Shown here piece after piece: positions 12,460 to 25,269 of a stretch of 64,000 nt of DNA. The translations under genes and the position numbers were made by a program. The notes beneath the pieces are model-generated. The model was not told the origin of the DNA, ran no database searches, and worked only from the letters and a program-made list of their open reading frames with translations. This DNA comes from Pristiophorus japonicus (Eukaryota), in the NCBI RefSeq assembly GCF_044704955.1, contig NC_091994.1, positions 90,396,001-90,460,000 on the forward strand. Reading direction: 5' to 3'. Numbering within the stretch: position 1 is the stretch's first letter; every line of letters begins with the position of its first letter.

Positions 12460-12759
12460 ACTTCGGGGTAGAGATGTGAAATGACGCCCCCCACAAGACG
12501 CCTGTACCAGAGGCTGTAAAATCCAACACCGATCGCAAGTCAGAAAGAAGTCATGGTCTTGTGGCCAGGCAATACAAATTGCACACACAGTCCTTTCAGT
12601 CAAACTCCTGGTTTGCCCCTGCAAAGGTTGTCAGTTTGTGCTGAAAGATCTCTACTGTCCATTGGGCAGAAAGGACTTATGGCTAAATGGGCACCATCCA
12701 TGAAGGATAAAATAGAAAGAGACCTAGGTGTCAGTATAATCGGTGCTAAACATGTCGAA

Positions 12760-13337
12760 CTAATATAAAGCAGCAAGCAACAAGGCTAATATGTAAAAAT
12801 TAGTAAACACAAAAGCTGAATATAAGTCCAAGGAAGTTGTGATCAAACGGTATAGGTTCTGGTCAAACCACAGATTGAGTGCAGGTTCTGGTCGCTGATA
12901 TACCAGGGAGACATTGAAGTACTGGAGGCAGCGCAGAGAAGAGCCATGAGGCTGATTCTTGGCTTTAATGCTCTGAGCTAGGAGGAAAGACTGGAGATAA
13001 TTAGCCTTTTCATCCTTGAACACAGGTGTCCGAGAGATGACCTTGTAGAGGTATGTAAGATAGTAAAATGGTATGGAAAAGGTAAATCCGGAATATTTAA
13101 ATTTAAATTGTGGGAGTAGGACACGGCGATGCAGGTTCAAACTAATAAAAGATAACTTTAGCACTACTATCAGGAAACTCTACTTCGCATCGAGAGTGGT
13201 CACACTTGGAATGGACTTTTCAGTAGAGTGATGGAGGAGAAAGCTCTGGATACATTAAAATAACAACTGAATGCTGCAATGGGGGAACAATAGGGTGCTT
13301 CTGGATGGATGAACATATATTGGACAAATGGTCTTCC
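12760..13337 (+). mobile_element. Old CR1 3' fragment
   Basis: Degenerate EYKSKEV and RDDLVEVCKIV-type CR1 C-terminal motifs. Confidence 0.65.
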
Positions 13338-13602
13338 TCATAGAAACATAGAAACATAGAAAATAGTTGCAGGAGTAGGCCATTTGGCCCTTCCAGCTTG
13401 CACCACCATTCAATAAGATCATGGCTGATCATGCATTTCAGTTCCCCACCCCAGCCTTCTCTCCATACCCCTTGATCCCTTTAGCCGTAAAGGCCACATC
13501 TAACTCCCTTTTGAATATATCTAACGAACTGGCCTCAACAACTTTCTGTGGTAGAGAATTCCACAGGTTCACAACTCTCTGAGTGAAGAAGTTTCTCCTC
13601 AT
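13338..13602 (-). mobile_element. Short young CR1 3' end
   Basis: (CATAGAAA)n tail and 3' UTR nearly identical to the CR1 at 36227. Confidence 0.9.
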
Positions 13603-14235
13603 CTTGTGATCTTCGAGAGCAAACGTTTGCCAAACTCTTGTTTTACAAACACAGATCTCACTGATGCAATTGGGCTGAAATAATGATCACCTCATTCATA
13701 GGTGAGGTAATTGCATATGGAACACATTGCCCCCGCTGGCTTCTATCCTCCCACACATTAAAAGCTGTTGCTAAAATCTTGTCCATGGGACAGATTCATT
13801 CCAGTTTAGGGCTCCCAACTCGATGCCATTATTATTCAGCCAGGTGCCAATGTTCGGTAGGAAGAAAGAAGTATGGGGTGAGAACATATTAAACTAAGAC
13901 GGACTCTGATGTGTGGGACCACTCCCCCCCCACCCCAAAACTACAGCAAAATTGGAAATGATGATGATAATCAATGCTGCAATTTCTTTGTTACTGTGAA
14001 TTGCTGCGACAGTCGCTGTGTATGTGCGACGAGCACACGACAGCTGTAATTATCCACTTACGTTCGTCCTGATCACTGAAATAAACATCAATAAATCAGG
14101 ATGGAGGAAAAATCAACATTGCTTTATTCGTATTAAAATATACCAAAATGGCCTCTCCCACCAGCTGATGAACAGAGGTTGAGGACAAAGGTGAGCTCAA
14201 CTGGCCCCATGAAATGGAGCAGCGGTGGGATAAAC

Positions 14236-14509
14236 TGTTGTGTATGTATATACCCTGTACACTCAATGTACAGTTACATAAGACCAATGAATGTATCTTT
14301 ACACTGTATACAATATGCCTGTGCCACCAGAGAGTGCAACAGGTGGAGACCTAGAGGTCACCTGCAAACCACAGGCAACCAGGTATAAAAGGGAGCCCGC
14401 CATACCGTAACCTCATTCAGGAGCTGCAATAAATGGACTAAGGTCACAACAGTTCAAGTGCAATACCTTACCTCGTGGAGTCATTACTAGAGTGCCTGCA
14501 AACACCACA
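14236..14509 (+). mobile_element. Solo LTR, Gypsy-like (274 bp)
   Basis: TGTTGTGT...ACACCACA termini; TATAAAA 14384-14390; AATAAA 14428-14433; no clean TSD. Confidence 0.75.
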
Positions 14510-14895
14510 ACTAACCTTCAACCAGAGGCTGGCGTCTGCTTGACTCTTCCGCAGTCCTTCGGTATGCAACTGAAAGTGCAATAAGATTTTCAATTTTACC
14601 CAAAAATGGAGAATGTTTCTGAAGCGATTGCTGCAAGTGGCAGAGGCAAGTATCACAGGCTGAAAGAATTTAGCAGCTGCTTGTGGGAGTCATTCTTGGC
14701 ATCATTCAGCTACTAAGATGATAAATCAATTGGCTCAAGTGATTGGAATATTTGCCTTTTATTCATCTCCTTCACTTTGTTTGGTATTATTTTAGTACGA
14801 GCAGCGATCCCATGGTGTTGCTCGGTGGCAGTTTGGGTCCCGAGGCACACTTTCTGATATTTAATATGATCCTGCTGCGGCCTAAATATGAGAAC

Positions 14896-15042
14896 AAAAA
14901 CAAAAAATGCTGGAAATCTCGGCGGGTCAGGCAGCATCTGTGGAGAGGAAGCAGAGTTAGCGTTTTGACCTGAAATGCTAACTCTACTTCCGCTCCACAG
15001 ATGCTGGCTGACCTGCTGAGATTTCCAGCACTTTCTGTTTTT
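14896..15042. repeat. Long imperfect palindrome, probably Penelope-derived
   Basis: Arms TGCTGGAAATCTCGGCGGGTCAGGCAGCATCTGTGGAG and CTCCACAGATGCTGGCTGACCTGCTGAGATTTCCAGCA are near-complementary. Confidence 0.7.
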
Positions 15043-15159
15043 AGTCCAGATTCCAGCATCCGCAGTGTTTTACTTTTGTAAATATGAGAAGTTTGTTTGT
15101 AATGCAGCAAATTTATTAAAGCAATACATTGAGTGGCTCAAGATGAAAATATGACACCC

Positions 15160-15668
15160 AACCACAACAATTTGCATATAGATGTAGTGCCTTTTAATGT
15201 AGTAAGATGTCCCAAGGCGCTTCACAAGAGCGTTATCAAACAAAATTTGACACTGAGCCATGCAATGAGATGTTAGGACAGATGGCCAAAAGCTTGGTCA
15301 AAGAGATAGGTTTTAAGCTGCATCTTAAAGGAGGAGAAAGAGGGAGAGAGGGAATTCCAGAGCTTAGGGCATTGGCAGCGATGAAAATCAGAGTGCGCAA
15401 GGGGCCAGAATTGGAGAAGGGCCGAGATCTCAAAGGGCTGTGGGGCTTTTGAAGGTTACCGAGATAGGGAGGGGCAAGGCCATGGACGGATTTGAAAACA
15501 AGAATGAGAATTTTAAAATTGAGATGTTGTCAGTCTTGGAGCCAATGTTGGTCAGCGAGCACAGGGGCAATGGGTGAACAGGACTTGGTGCGAGTTAGGG
15601 TACAGGCAGCAGAGTTTTGGATGACCTCAGGTTTATGGAGGGTGGAAAATGCGGGGCTGGCCAGAAGG
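15160..15668 (-). mobile_element. L2 LINE 3' fragment
   Basis: Reverse complement of the L2 3' region seen at 31650-32388 and 42330-43240. Confidence 0.85.
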
Positions 15669-16174
15669 TACTGATCGATATGGACCTTTCTTACTGATAC
15701 TGATAGATATGGACCTCCCAGATCTAATACTTGTAACAATATTTACCTCACACTTTACAGGCCTCATAAAACTAATATTTTCTTAGCACTTTACAGGGCA
15801 TTGCTGGTCTAATTGTTCTAATATATTTATATAGCAGTTTGCAGGGCCTCACCAGATGTAAGGCCTGAATATCTGCAGTTTTTCCAGGATGCACTTTCCC
15901 AGTGTAAGTTAGCCGAAGTGTGGAGCATGTCCCATGAATTGAACTAGGACCCAGATATGCAAGATCCCAGCCTCCGCTCTAAGTTTCTTGAGAGGCCTGT
16001 TTGGGCAGAACTTCTATCTGCACCTAACATGGCCCCTAAAAGTTTCCTTGGCTTTAAACATGAATCATTTAGTCTGTGTTACTCTTATAGTCATTTACCA
16101 GGTGTTACTCATAATTATTATTTAGCCGTTGTCACCTCAAAAATCTTTCCCTGTATTATCCCTATAATCATTCT

Positions 16175-16690
16175 TCATCATCACATCATAGGCAGTCCCT
16201 CGTATCGAGGATGATTTGCTTCCACGCCAAAAAGAGATGAGTTCACAGGTGTTTCAATGAAGGACCTAATATTCCAGATCCTGAACTGAAGGGTGGAAGA
16301 TGCCTGTGCGTGGATTTTTTTTAACGTGTGGTGGCCGTTGCACACCAGCCACCACACGGGTTTGACAGAGCTAGGCTTTGGTCCAGTGGCAAGGGTTAAC
16401 CAAGACAACTGGAGACCTGCTCTGCTGCACGGACCTAGTGCACACACATATCGCAGTGTGGGCTGGCCCGTGCTGCCCCTGGGCCCTCGCCTCTCCTGGC
16501 CCCGAACTCACATCTCTCCTGGGCCCCGATCACGTCGCTCCACGATCTCTCACCGCTCCTGCGTCCCGACCTCGCTGCTCCTGCTGTACCTGCCCATGCT
16601 CCAATCAACGACCTGGATTTTGGTGACGTCCAATCCAGTCACCCTCTTCACAGCCATCGCTCCCCAGCACGCGCTGTACCTTGAGGCGGC
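16175..16690 (-). mobile_element. Non-autonomous RTE-derived element (RTE 3' tail, no RT body)
   Basis: CATCATAGGCAGTCCCTCG is the reverse complement of the RTE tail; the remainder does not match the RT-coding RTE copies. Confidence 0.6.
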
Positions 16691-16821
16691 AAAGTATAAT
16701 CATTCAACAGCTGTTACCACATACTCATTTGCCTCATGCCATACTTTTAATCATTTTCCTTATATTACCCCTATAATCAAGTTAACCATATAATCCATAT
16801 ACCTGGTGTTACTCATATCAC

Positions 16822-17425
16822 CATGTACCATATACAGTAGATGCCTCAACTCGCTGGAGAAATACCAGCAATGCTGTCTTCGCAAGATCCTGCAAATTCC
16901 CTGGAAGGACAGATGCACCAACATCAGCATCCTCGATCAGACCAACATCCCCAGCATCGAAGCACTGACCACACTCGACCAGCTCCGTTGGGCGGGCCAC
17001 ATTGTTCGCATGCCTGACACAAGACTCCCAAAGCAAGCGCTCTATTCGGAACTCCTACACGGCAAGCGAGCCCAAGGTGGGCAGAGGAAATGTTTCAAGT
17101 ACACCCTCCAAGCCTCTTTGATAAAATGCAACATCCCCACCAACACCTGATAGTCCCTGGCCAAAGACCGCCCTAAGTGGAGGAAGAGCATCCGGGAGGG
17201 CGCTGAGCACCTCGAGTCTCATCACCGAGAGCATGCAGAAAACAAGCGCAGGCAGCGGAAGGAGCGTGCAGCAAACCTGTCCCACCCACCCTTTCCTTCA
17301 ACGCCTGTCTGTCCCATCTGTGACAGAGGCTGTAATTCCTGCATTGGACTGTACAGCCACCTGAGAACTCACTTTTAGAGTGGAAACAAGTCTTCCTCGA
17401 TTTCGAGGGATTGCCTATGATGATG
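16822..17425 (+). mobile_element. RTE LINE 3' fragment
   Basis: LRKILQIPW, QLRWAGHIVRMPDTRLPKQALYSEL; (ATG)n tail. Confidence 0.92.
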
Positions 17426-17664
17426 TACTTCATGTTACTCTTGAAATTGCGAGCTGGTTTTATCACCATCATTATTTACTCAGTGTTATGCTGTATTTCT
17501 TTACCTTTTGTTTCCTTATAATCATTTGCCCCATGTGACTGGTGTAAGCATTTGGTCTGTGTTACCCCAATTATCATTTATCCGGTGTTCTCCATATTCC
17601 TGTGCCTTATAATTCCCTATAATCATTTATCTGGCGCTCCCTCTTTAATCATTTGCCTCATGTT

Positions 17665-20662
17665 CATAAGAACATAAGAATTAGGAACAGGAGTAGGCCA
17701 TCTAGCCCCTCGAGCCTGCTCCGCCATTCAACAAGATCATGGCTGATCTGGCCGTGGACTCAGCTCCACTTACCCGCCCGCTCCCCATAACCCTTTAATT
17801 CCCTTATTGGTTAAAAATCTATCTATCTGTGATTTGAATACATTCAATGAGCTAGCCTCAACTGCTTCCTTGGGCAGAGACTTCCACAGATTCACAACCC
17901 TCTGGGAGAAGAAATTCCTTCTCAACTCGGTTTTAAATTGGCTCCCCCGTATTTTGAGGCTGTGCCCCCTAGTTCTAGTCTCCCCGACCAGTGGAAACAA
18001 CCTCTCTGCCTCTATCTTGTCTATCCCTTTCATTATTTTAAATGTTTCTATAAGATCACCCCTCATCCTTCTGAACTCCAACGAGTAAAGACCCAGTCTA
18101 CTCAATCTATCATCATAAGGTAACCCCCTCATCTCTGGAATCAGCCTAGTGAATCGTCTCTGTACCCCCTCCAAAGCTAGTATATCCTTCCTTAAGTAAG
18201 GTGACCAAAACTGCACGCAGTACTCCAGGTGCGGCCTCACCAATACCCTGTACAGTTGCAGCAGGACCTCCCTGCTTTTGTACTCCATCCCTCTCGCAAT
18301 GAAGGCCAACATTCCATTCGCTTACCTGATTACCTGCTGCACCCGCAAACTAACTTTTTGGGATTCATGCACAAGGACCCCCAGGTCCCTCTGCACCGCA
18401 GCATGTTGTAATTTCTCCCCATTCAAATAATATTCCCTTTTACTGTTTTTTTCCCAAGGTGGATGACCTCACACTTTCCGACATTGTATTCCATCTGCCA
18501 AACCTTAGCCCATTCGCTTAACCTATCTAAATCTCTTTGCAGCCTCTCTCTGTCCTCTACACAACCCGCTTTCCCACTAATCTTTGTGTCATCTGCAAAT
18601 TTTGTTACACTACACTCTGTCCCCTCTTCCAGGTCATCTATGTATATTGTAAACAGTTGTGGTCCCAATACCGATCCCTGTGGCACACCACTAACCACCG
18701 ATTGCCAACCCGAAAAGGACCCATTTATCCTGACTCTCTGCTTTCTGTTAGCCAGCCAATTCTCTATCCATGCTAATACATTTCCTCTGACTTCGCGTAC
18801 CTTTATCTTCTGCAGTAACCTTTTGTGTGGCACCTTATCGAATGCCTTTTGGAAATCTAAATACACCACATTCATCGGTACACCTCTATCCACCATGCTC
18901 GTTATATCCTCAAAGAATTCCAGTAAATTAGTTAAACATGATTTCCCCTTCATGAATCCATGTTGCGTCTGCTTGATTGCACTATTCCTAGCTAGATGTC
19001 CCGCTATTTCTTCCTTAATGATAGCTTCAAGCATTTTCCCCACTACAGATGTTAAACTAACCAGCCTATAGCTACCTGCCTTTTGTCTGCCCCCTTTTTT
19101 AAACAGAGGCGTTACTTTCCAATCCGCTGGTACCTCCCCAGAGTCCAGAGAATTTTGGTAGATTATAACGAATGCATCTGCTATAACTTCCGCCATCTCT
19201 TTTAATACCCTGGGATGCATTTCATCAGGACCAGGGGACTTGTCTACCTTGAGTCCCATTAGCCTGTCCAGCACTACCTCCCTAGTGATAGTGATTGTCT
19301 CAAGGTCCTCCCTTCCCACATTCCCGTGACCAGCAATTTTTGGCATGGTTTTTGTGTCTTCCACTGTGAAGACCGAAGCAAAATAATTGTTTAAGGTCTC
19401 AGCCATTTCCACATTTCCCATTATTAAATCCCCCTTCTCATCTTCTAAGGGACCAACATTTACTTTAGTCACTCTCTTCCGTTTTATATATCGGTAAAAG
19501 CTTTTACTATCTGTTTTTATGTTTTGCGCAAGCTTACTTTCGTAATCTACCTTTCCTTTCTTTATTGCTTTCTTAGTCATTCTTTGCTGTCGTTTAAAAT
19601 TTTCCCAATCTTCTAGTTTCCCACTAACCTTGGCCACCTTATACGCATTGGTTTTTAATTTGATGCTCTCCTTTATTTCCTTGGTTATCCACGGCTGTTT
19701 ATACCTTCTCTTACCTTCCTTCTTTTTCACTGGAATATATTTTTGTTGAGCACTATGAAAGAGCTCCTTAAAAGTCCTCCACTGTTCCTCAATTGTGCCA
19801 CCGTTTAGTCTGTGTTCCCAGTCTACTTTCGCGAACTCTGCCCTCATCCCACTGTAGTCCCCTTTGTTTAAGCATCGTACGCTCTTTTGAGACACTACTT
19901 CCTCACCCTCAATCTGTATTACAAATTCAACCATACTGTGATCACTCATTCCGAGAGGATCTTTTATGAGGAGATTGTGTATTATTCCTGTCTCATTACA
20001 CAGGACCAGATCTAAGATAGCTTGTTCCCTTGTAGGTTCTGTAACATACTGTTCTAAGAAACAATCCCGTATGCATTCTATGAATTCCTCCTCCAGGCTA
20101 CCCCATGCGATTTGATTTAACCAATCGATATGTAGGTTAAAATCCACCATGATTACTGCCGTTCCTTTTTCACATGCCTCTATTATTCCCTTGATTATTG
20201 TCTGCTCCACCGTGAAGTTATTATTTGGGGGCCTATAAACTACGCCCACCAGTGACTTTTCCCCTTACTATCTTTAATCTCCACCCACAATGATTCAACA
20301 TTTTGTTCATTAGAGCCAATATCATCTCTCACAACTGCCCTGATATCATTCTTTATTAACAGAGCTACCCCACCTACTTTCCCTTCTTGTCTATTCTTCC
20401 GAATTGTCAGATACCCCTGTATGTTTAATTCCTAGTCTTGGCCACCCTGCAACCACGTTTCTGTAATGGACACCAAATCATTCCCATTTGTAATGATTTG
20501 TGCCGTCAACTCATTTACTTTGTTTCGAATGCTGCGTGCGTTTAGGTAGAGTGTTTTAATACTAGTTTTTAAACCATGATTTTTAGTTTTGACCCCTCCT
20601 GCAGCCCCTTTATATTCATACATATTGTCCCTTCCTATCACCTTGTGGTTTACACTTACCCT
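17665..20662 (-). mobile_element. CR1 LINE with full-length but frameshifted ORF2 (APE plus RT), second subfamily
   Basis: ORFs 20432-20671, 18423-20249 and 17770-18312: LNARSIRNK, ITETWL, YRPP, SDH, FADD; (TTCTTATG)n tail. Confidence 0.97.
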
Positions 20663-21129
20663 TATAATCATTTGGCCTGTGTTCTCCCTATAACCACTTA
20701 CTTGGTGTTGCCCCTATAGTCATTGGCTGCGTGTTACTCTTACAACGGGAGTGATCCTTTGGGTAGTGGTAACACTCCTGCCTCCGAGACGGAAGGTGAA
20801 GGGTTCAAATCCCACTCCAGACAGCCCCGTGAAGTGGAGACTAAAATATGGTCTCTCGACGGGGTACTTGCATCCAGCCAGAGTGCTCAGTGGTAGCATT
20901 CCTGCCTCTGAGTCAGTAGGGTGGGTTCGAGCCCCACTCCAAACAACAAAATTAGGTGACTTCCCTCTGACCCTGCATAGTTTGGCAGGATCCTAACCGT
21001 ATGCCACCAGTGGGCATATCCTGACTGTTCAGTAGGGATATGGCAGTCGCAGGTTTTCACGGACTACTTTTACAAATGGCAGCCAGCGGGTCTTAAAATT
21101 CGGTTTGAGTTTGTCAGCCCCAGACTCAA

Positions 21130-21875
21130 CTATTCTGATGTTCTCCTGGCCAGCCTCCTCACTCTGTAAATCTCAGCTCATCTAAAACTCTTCTGCCTGT
21201 ATCCCATCCCACCTTGTCCTGCTCACCCATCACCCCTGCCCTCGCTGACCTACATTGGCTCCCAGTCTCTCCACACATCCAATTTAAAATTCTCATCCTC
21301 GTTAAATCCCTTCACGACCTTGCCCCTCCCTGTATCTGTAACTTCCTCCCGCCTTGCAACTTTTTTAGTTGTAATAATTAATCAAGTGCCCCCTAATTAA
21401 AGGGGGGGGGGACATACCAAACATTTTCAAACAAGTGTCCCCTTGGTTTTTTTTGAGAGCACTGAAACACAAATGATACAAGTGCCTCCTGGCTAAAAGG
21501 TGGGGGGGGGGGGGGCACTAAAACTGGAAAATTAAACAAATTAAACTTTAGACAAAACATCAAATTAAAATTTGGTTGCCGGGGGTGATGATGCACTCCA
21601 GCCCCTCCGGTGTCCACCTCTCGCGGAAGGCCGCGTGCGTACCGGTGGACACCGCGTGCTCCATCTCCAGGGGCACCCTCGCTCGGATGTAACCACGGAA
21701 GAGAGGCAGGCAGTCGGGCTGAACAACCCCCTCGACCGCCCGCTGCCTGGACCGGCCGATGGCCCCCTTGGCCATGCCCAGGAGCCTCCATCCCTACATC
21801 TCTGATTACACCTCTGTGAAGCATCTTGGGGCACTTTCTACATTGAAGGTGCTATATGAATACAAGTTGTTTTGT
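21130..21875 (+). mobile_element. L2 fragment interrupted by a Tx1 fragment
   Basis: GACCTACATTGGCTCCC at about 21247 and L2 tail at 21790-21875. Confidence 0.7.
21357..21786 (-). mobile_element. Tx1-like 3' fragment
   Basis: AKGAIGRSRQRAVEG...FRERW...GNQILI. Confidence 0.85.
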
Positions 21876-22611
21876 AATTGAGTTATATTGCGGCTATTAG
21901 TCTCTGACAAAACAGCTTCATGCTGTGTGTTGTGTGATTGGATGCATATTTAATATTATGTGATTTTCTGTTCTCTCTGAACGTTGAAAATATTGTCCAT
22001 GTGGGCACTTATAAATGTTGGCTTGGCAGCGAACTGAAGGCAGACTGCAGCACTTACGATTTGAAACTGGCATGAGATAATGTGACGTTTGGGGCTTTGA
22101 AGCTTTGTTTTAGCGCGCACAGGACCTGATATCGGGATTACACTATGATGCAGTTTTGGATGTGCATCAACAAGAAGTTGGCAGTAAAACAGCAGCCTGA
22201 CTGATGCCCTGATTATTAACACCAGGTTGTCCCATTTGTGAAAAATAAACAAACAACAGCAGCCAGCTGATGTGTGAAAGATCAATAAATGAATTGCAGT
22301 GTGGCATCATGGTGTGGCTATCTCATTTAACCGTCTTATTTACTGCATCAGTACCTGTTGTCAACAGTGGTTAGACACGATCAGTGTGATTTCACCCTCC
22401 GTCTTTCTCTGAATGTATTTGCTTCACACAGTCTTGCAAATATTATCCTTTCTAGAAAATTTTGTACAATTACGTTGTCTTGCTACAGTGTGATTGACAT
22501 GGTGGAAAAAATTACCAACTGTATGAATTCCCTCCCCACCTCAGCCCACAAAGGATTAACCCACAAACATGCTGCACCAGAACTCTTTTGGGAGGAAACT
22601 GAAACATTAAT

Positions 22612-22987
22612 CCTTAAATCGTGTCCCCCTGATCTGGGGGGGGCACACCAAACATTTACAAGGCCCTTTTTTTGTGTTTTTTTTTTGTGTTTTTGTTTTT
22701 TGTTAAAGTTTTTTTTTTGGGCACTAAAATCATATATATATTTTTTTTTCCTCCAAGTGCCCCCTACAAAAGGGGAGGGGGACACTAAAAACACCGGCAA
22801 TTAAAACAAATGAAACTTTAAAACATAAAATCAAATTAAAATTTGGTTGCCGGGCGTGATGATGCACTCCAGTCCCTCCGGTGCCCACCTCTCGCGGAAG
22901 GCCGTGAGCGTACCGGTGGACACCGCGTGCTCCATCTCCAAGGACACCCTGGCGCGGATGTACGCGCGGAAGAGAGGCAGGCAGTCA
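22612..22987 (-). mobile_element. Tx1-like 3' fragment
   Basis: DCLPLFRAYIRARVSLEMEH...GNQILI. Confidence 0.85.
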
Positions 22988-23228
22988 CATGCTGCACCAG
23001 ATGGAAGGATAGTGGATCTGCACCTGAAACTGCTCAACCAGTGAATGGACAATGGGATCTGCCATTTGTACCTGTTACTTCTATCAAAATTAATAGTTTA
23101 AATGAAAAGCTCTGTTAAGCTAATGATCCAGTCTCTCCTAATTGGTACAATGGTGACAACTTTCTGCCTGTCACCTCTTACTGATTATGTAGCTCGTTAT
23201 GTAGCTCATTTATCGTGCTGTTATACAT

Positions 23229-23800
23229 ACAACTATTTTAGTTGTGCACTTTAATCAAGTGCCCCCTGGTTCAAGGGGAGGGCACACTCCAAACACTTTC
23301 AAACAAGTGCCCCCTTGTTTTTTTTTGAGGGCACTAAAACCACAAATTATACAAGTGCCCCCTGGCTAAAAGGTGGGGGGGGGGGGTGCACTAAAACCGC
23401 TAAACTTAGACAAATTACATTTTAAACATGTGGTTCAAATTAAAATTTGGTTGCGGGGGGTGATGATGCACTCCAGTCATTCCGGCGCCCACCTCTCATG
23501 GAAGGCCGTGAACGTAGCGGTGGACAGCGCGTGCTCTATCTCCAGGGACATCCTGGCTCGGATGTAACTGCGGAAGAGAGGCAGGCAGTCAGGCTGAATG
23601 ACCCCCTCGACTGCCCGCTGCCTGGACCGGCTGATGGCCCCCTTGGCCATGTCCAGGAGCAGCCCTCGGACCTACCCGCACCCCTCCACACAGGGTGCCC
23701 AAAGATCAGGAGTGTGGGACTGAAGTGCAGCCAGAATTTGAGGAGCAGCCCCTTCAGACATTGGAAGAGGAGCTGCAACCTCGCACACTCAATAAAAATG
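23229..23800 (-). mobile_element. Tx1-like 3' fragment
   Basis: LLLKFWLHFSPTLLIFGHP; same 3' UTR as neighbouring copies. Confidence 0.85.
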
Positions 23801-23859
23801 TGGAGCTATTATACATACATAGCATATACTCGTGAAACAGGAGCAAATCCTTGAAAACT

Positions 23860-24040
23860 GCTCAGCTCCTACTCTGAACAACCCCCCCAATCAAAGCAGC
23901 CCCATAATCTGAGCAGCCCCTATTCCAGGCAGCTCCTGACAAATCCCTGCCCAACTGGGCAGCCCCCAACAGTGAGCTGCTCTCACCTCAGACAGGCCCA
24001 ATTACAGGCAGCCCTTTGCTCCAGGCTGTTCCCAATTGTT
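23860..24040. repeat. Degenerate tandem repeat with GCAGCCCC core
   Basis: GCAGCCCC/GCAGCTCC recurs roughly every 18-20 bp. Confidence 0.55.
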
Positions 24041-25269
24041 CTGACAGCGGTTGTTGGCTGGAAACTTTGAGTCAATGCTGACCCCAGCTAACTGATCTCA
24101 CAGTCTGCTCCTAAACTCTGGGATCCCTCATTCAAATCACAGAGAGTAACAAAGGTTTGGAGATGCCAGAGTTTATGGGTCTCTAAATCACAAACCTGTT
24201 TGAAAAATCAACCCAGTGGCTGATAGAGAACATTCTTGAGTCCAGGGAGCACAGGTTAGAACACTAATTTTACTGGGAGCTAGCAGCAGCAGCATGGAGC
24301 CTCATTGACAGTGAGTGCAGGTCGAAAAATTAGGCCGAACATTTCCTCTGCAGATGGCCGTGAAGTTAAGTTGCTATCTTTCAGCCCTTCTCAGCCCTGA
24401 GTAACATTACATAACCCTGCCCAACAAACAGTGCTGTAAGTCCTACTCTCATGCTTGCTCCTAATGAGCCTCTAAACTGGGCTCAGTGACTCTGTAAAGT
24501 GTGTTTGGTGACCCTCTAAGCTGGACTTGATGACCCTGTAAGCTGGCCTTGTGCTATTTCTTAACCTGTCTGTTTGTTCCTTGAGTGGGAGGAACAACTG
24601 TGTTGGCAGGTTGGTTGATGTGTGTGGTGTGGCCTTGTTGGGATGGTGATGGCCTTAAAGCTTTGAGGAATACAGGGTCATGTGATGTTCCTGCAATAGC
24701 TGGTGTCACATCCAGTGAGACCGTGGCTGTCAGGGTCTGATGACATCTAATCATCTTGAGAAAAAGCCTCCTCCTTGGACCCTTCTATTGCTACCTGCTG
24801 GCACTGGGCACGCAGCATGAGAGCAGTCCATAGGACTGTCTCAGGAATATTTAAAGCCCATCATTGCTGCTCTTTCTAATCTCCCAGAGTGTCCAACTTG
24901 GAAGTGACAGATTCCTATAACTGGATGTCCATGGTCTTAACGGACCTTAAGCATTCGTGAGAGAACAATACTCTACTCTTGTTCCCTCACTGCTTTGGGG
25001 TTCTGCTGCAAGTGGTCGTGAAGCTGCCATTTGTTCCATTGTACTCTGCGTTTGAGCAAATTCCTTCTGCAGGGTGGTGGCGATGTCGGAGGTGCACTGC
25101 TGCCCATTCACCACCAGTTACTGCAGGCTGCTCTTGTTTGGCCTCAATGATATAGCAAATGCCTTTAGCTGCCGCATCCACTCCCATCTGTTGGCAGACC
25201 CTGTAAAATACCAATCTCTTGCCCATTCAATTTATATGTGGTATGGCCTTGCATCATATTAGAGTTTGC

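Noticed and set aside
14555-14645. Plus-strand exon candidate with a GC donor just after the solo LTR
   Set aside because: No frame open throughout and no other support
20745-20945. Two tRNA-like sequences
   Set aside because: Degenerate SINE heads, not complete tRNA cloverleafs
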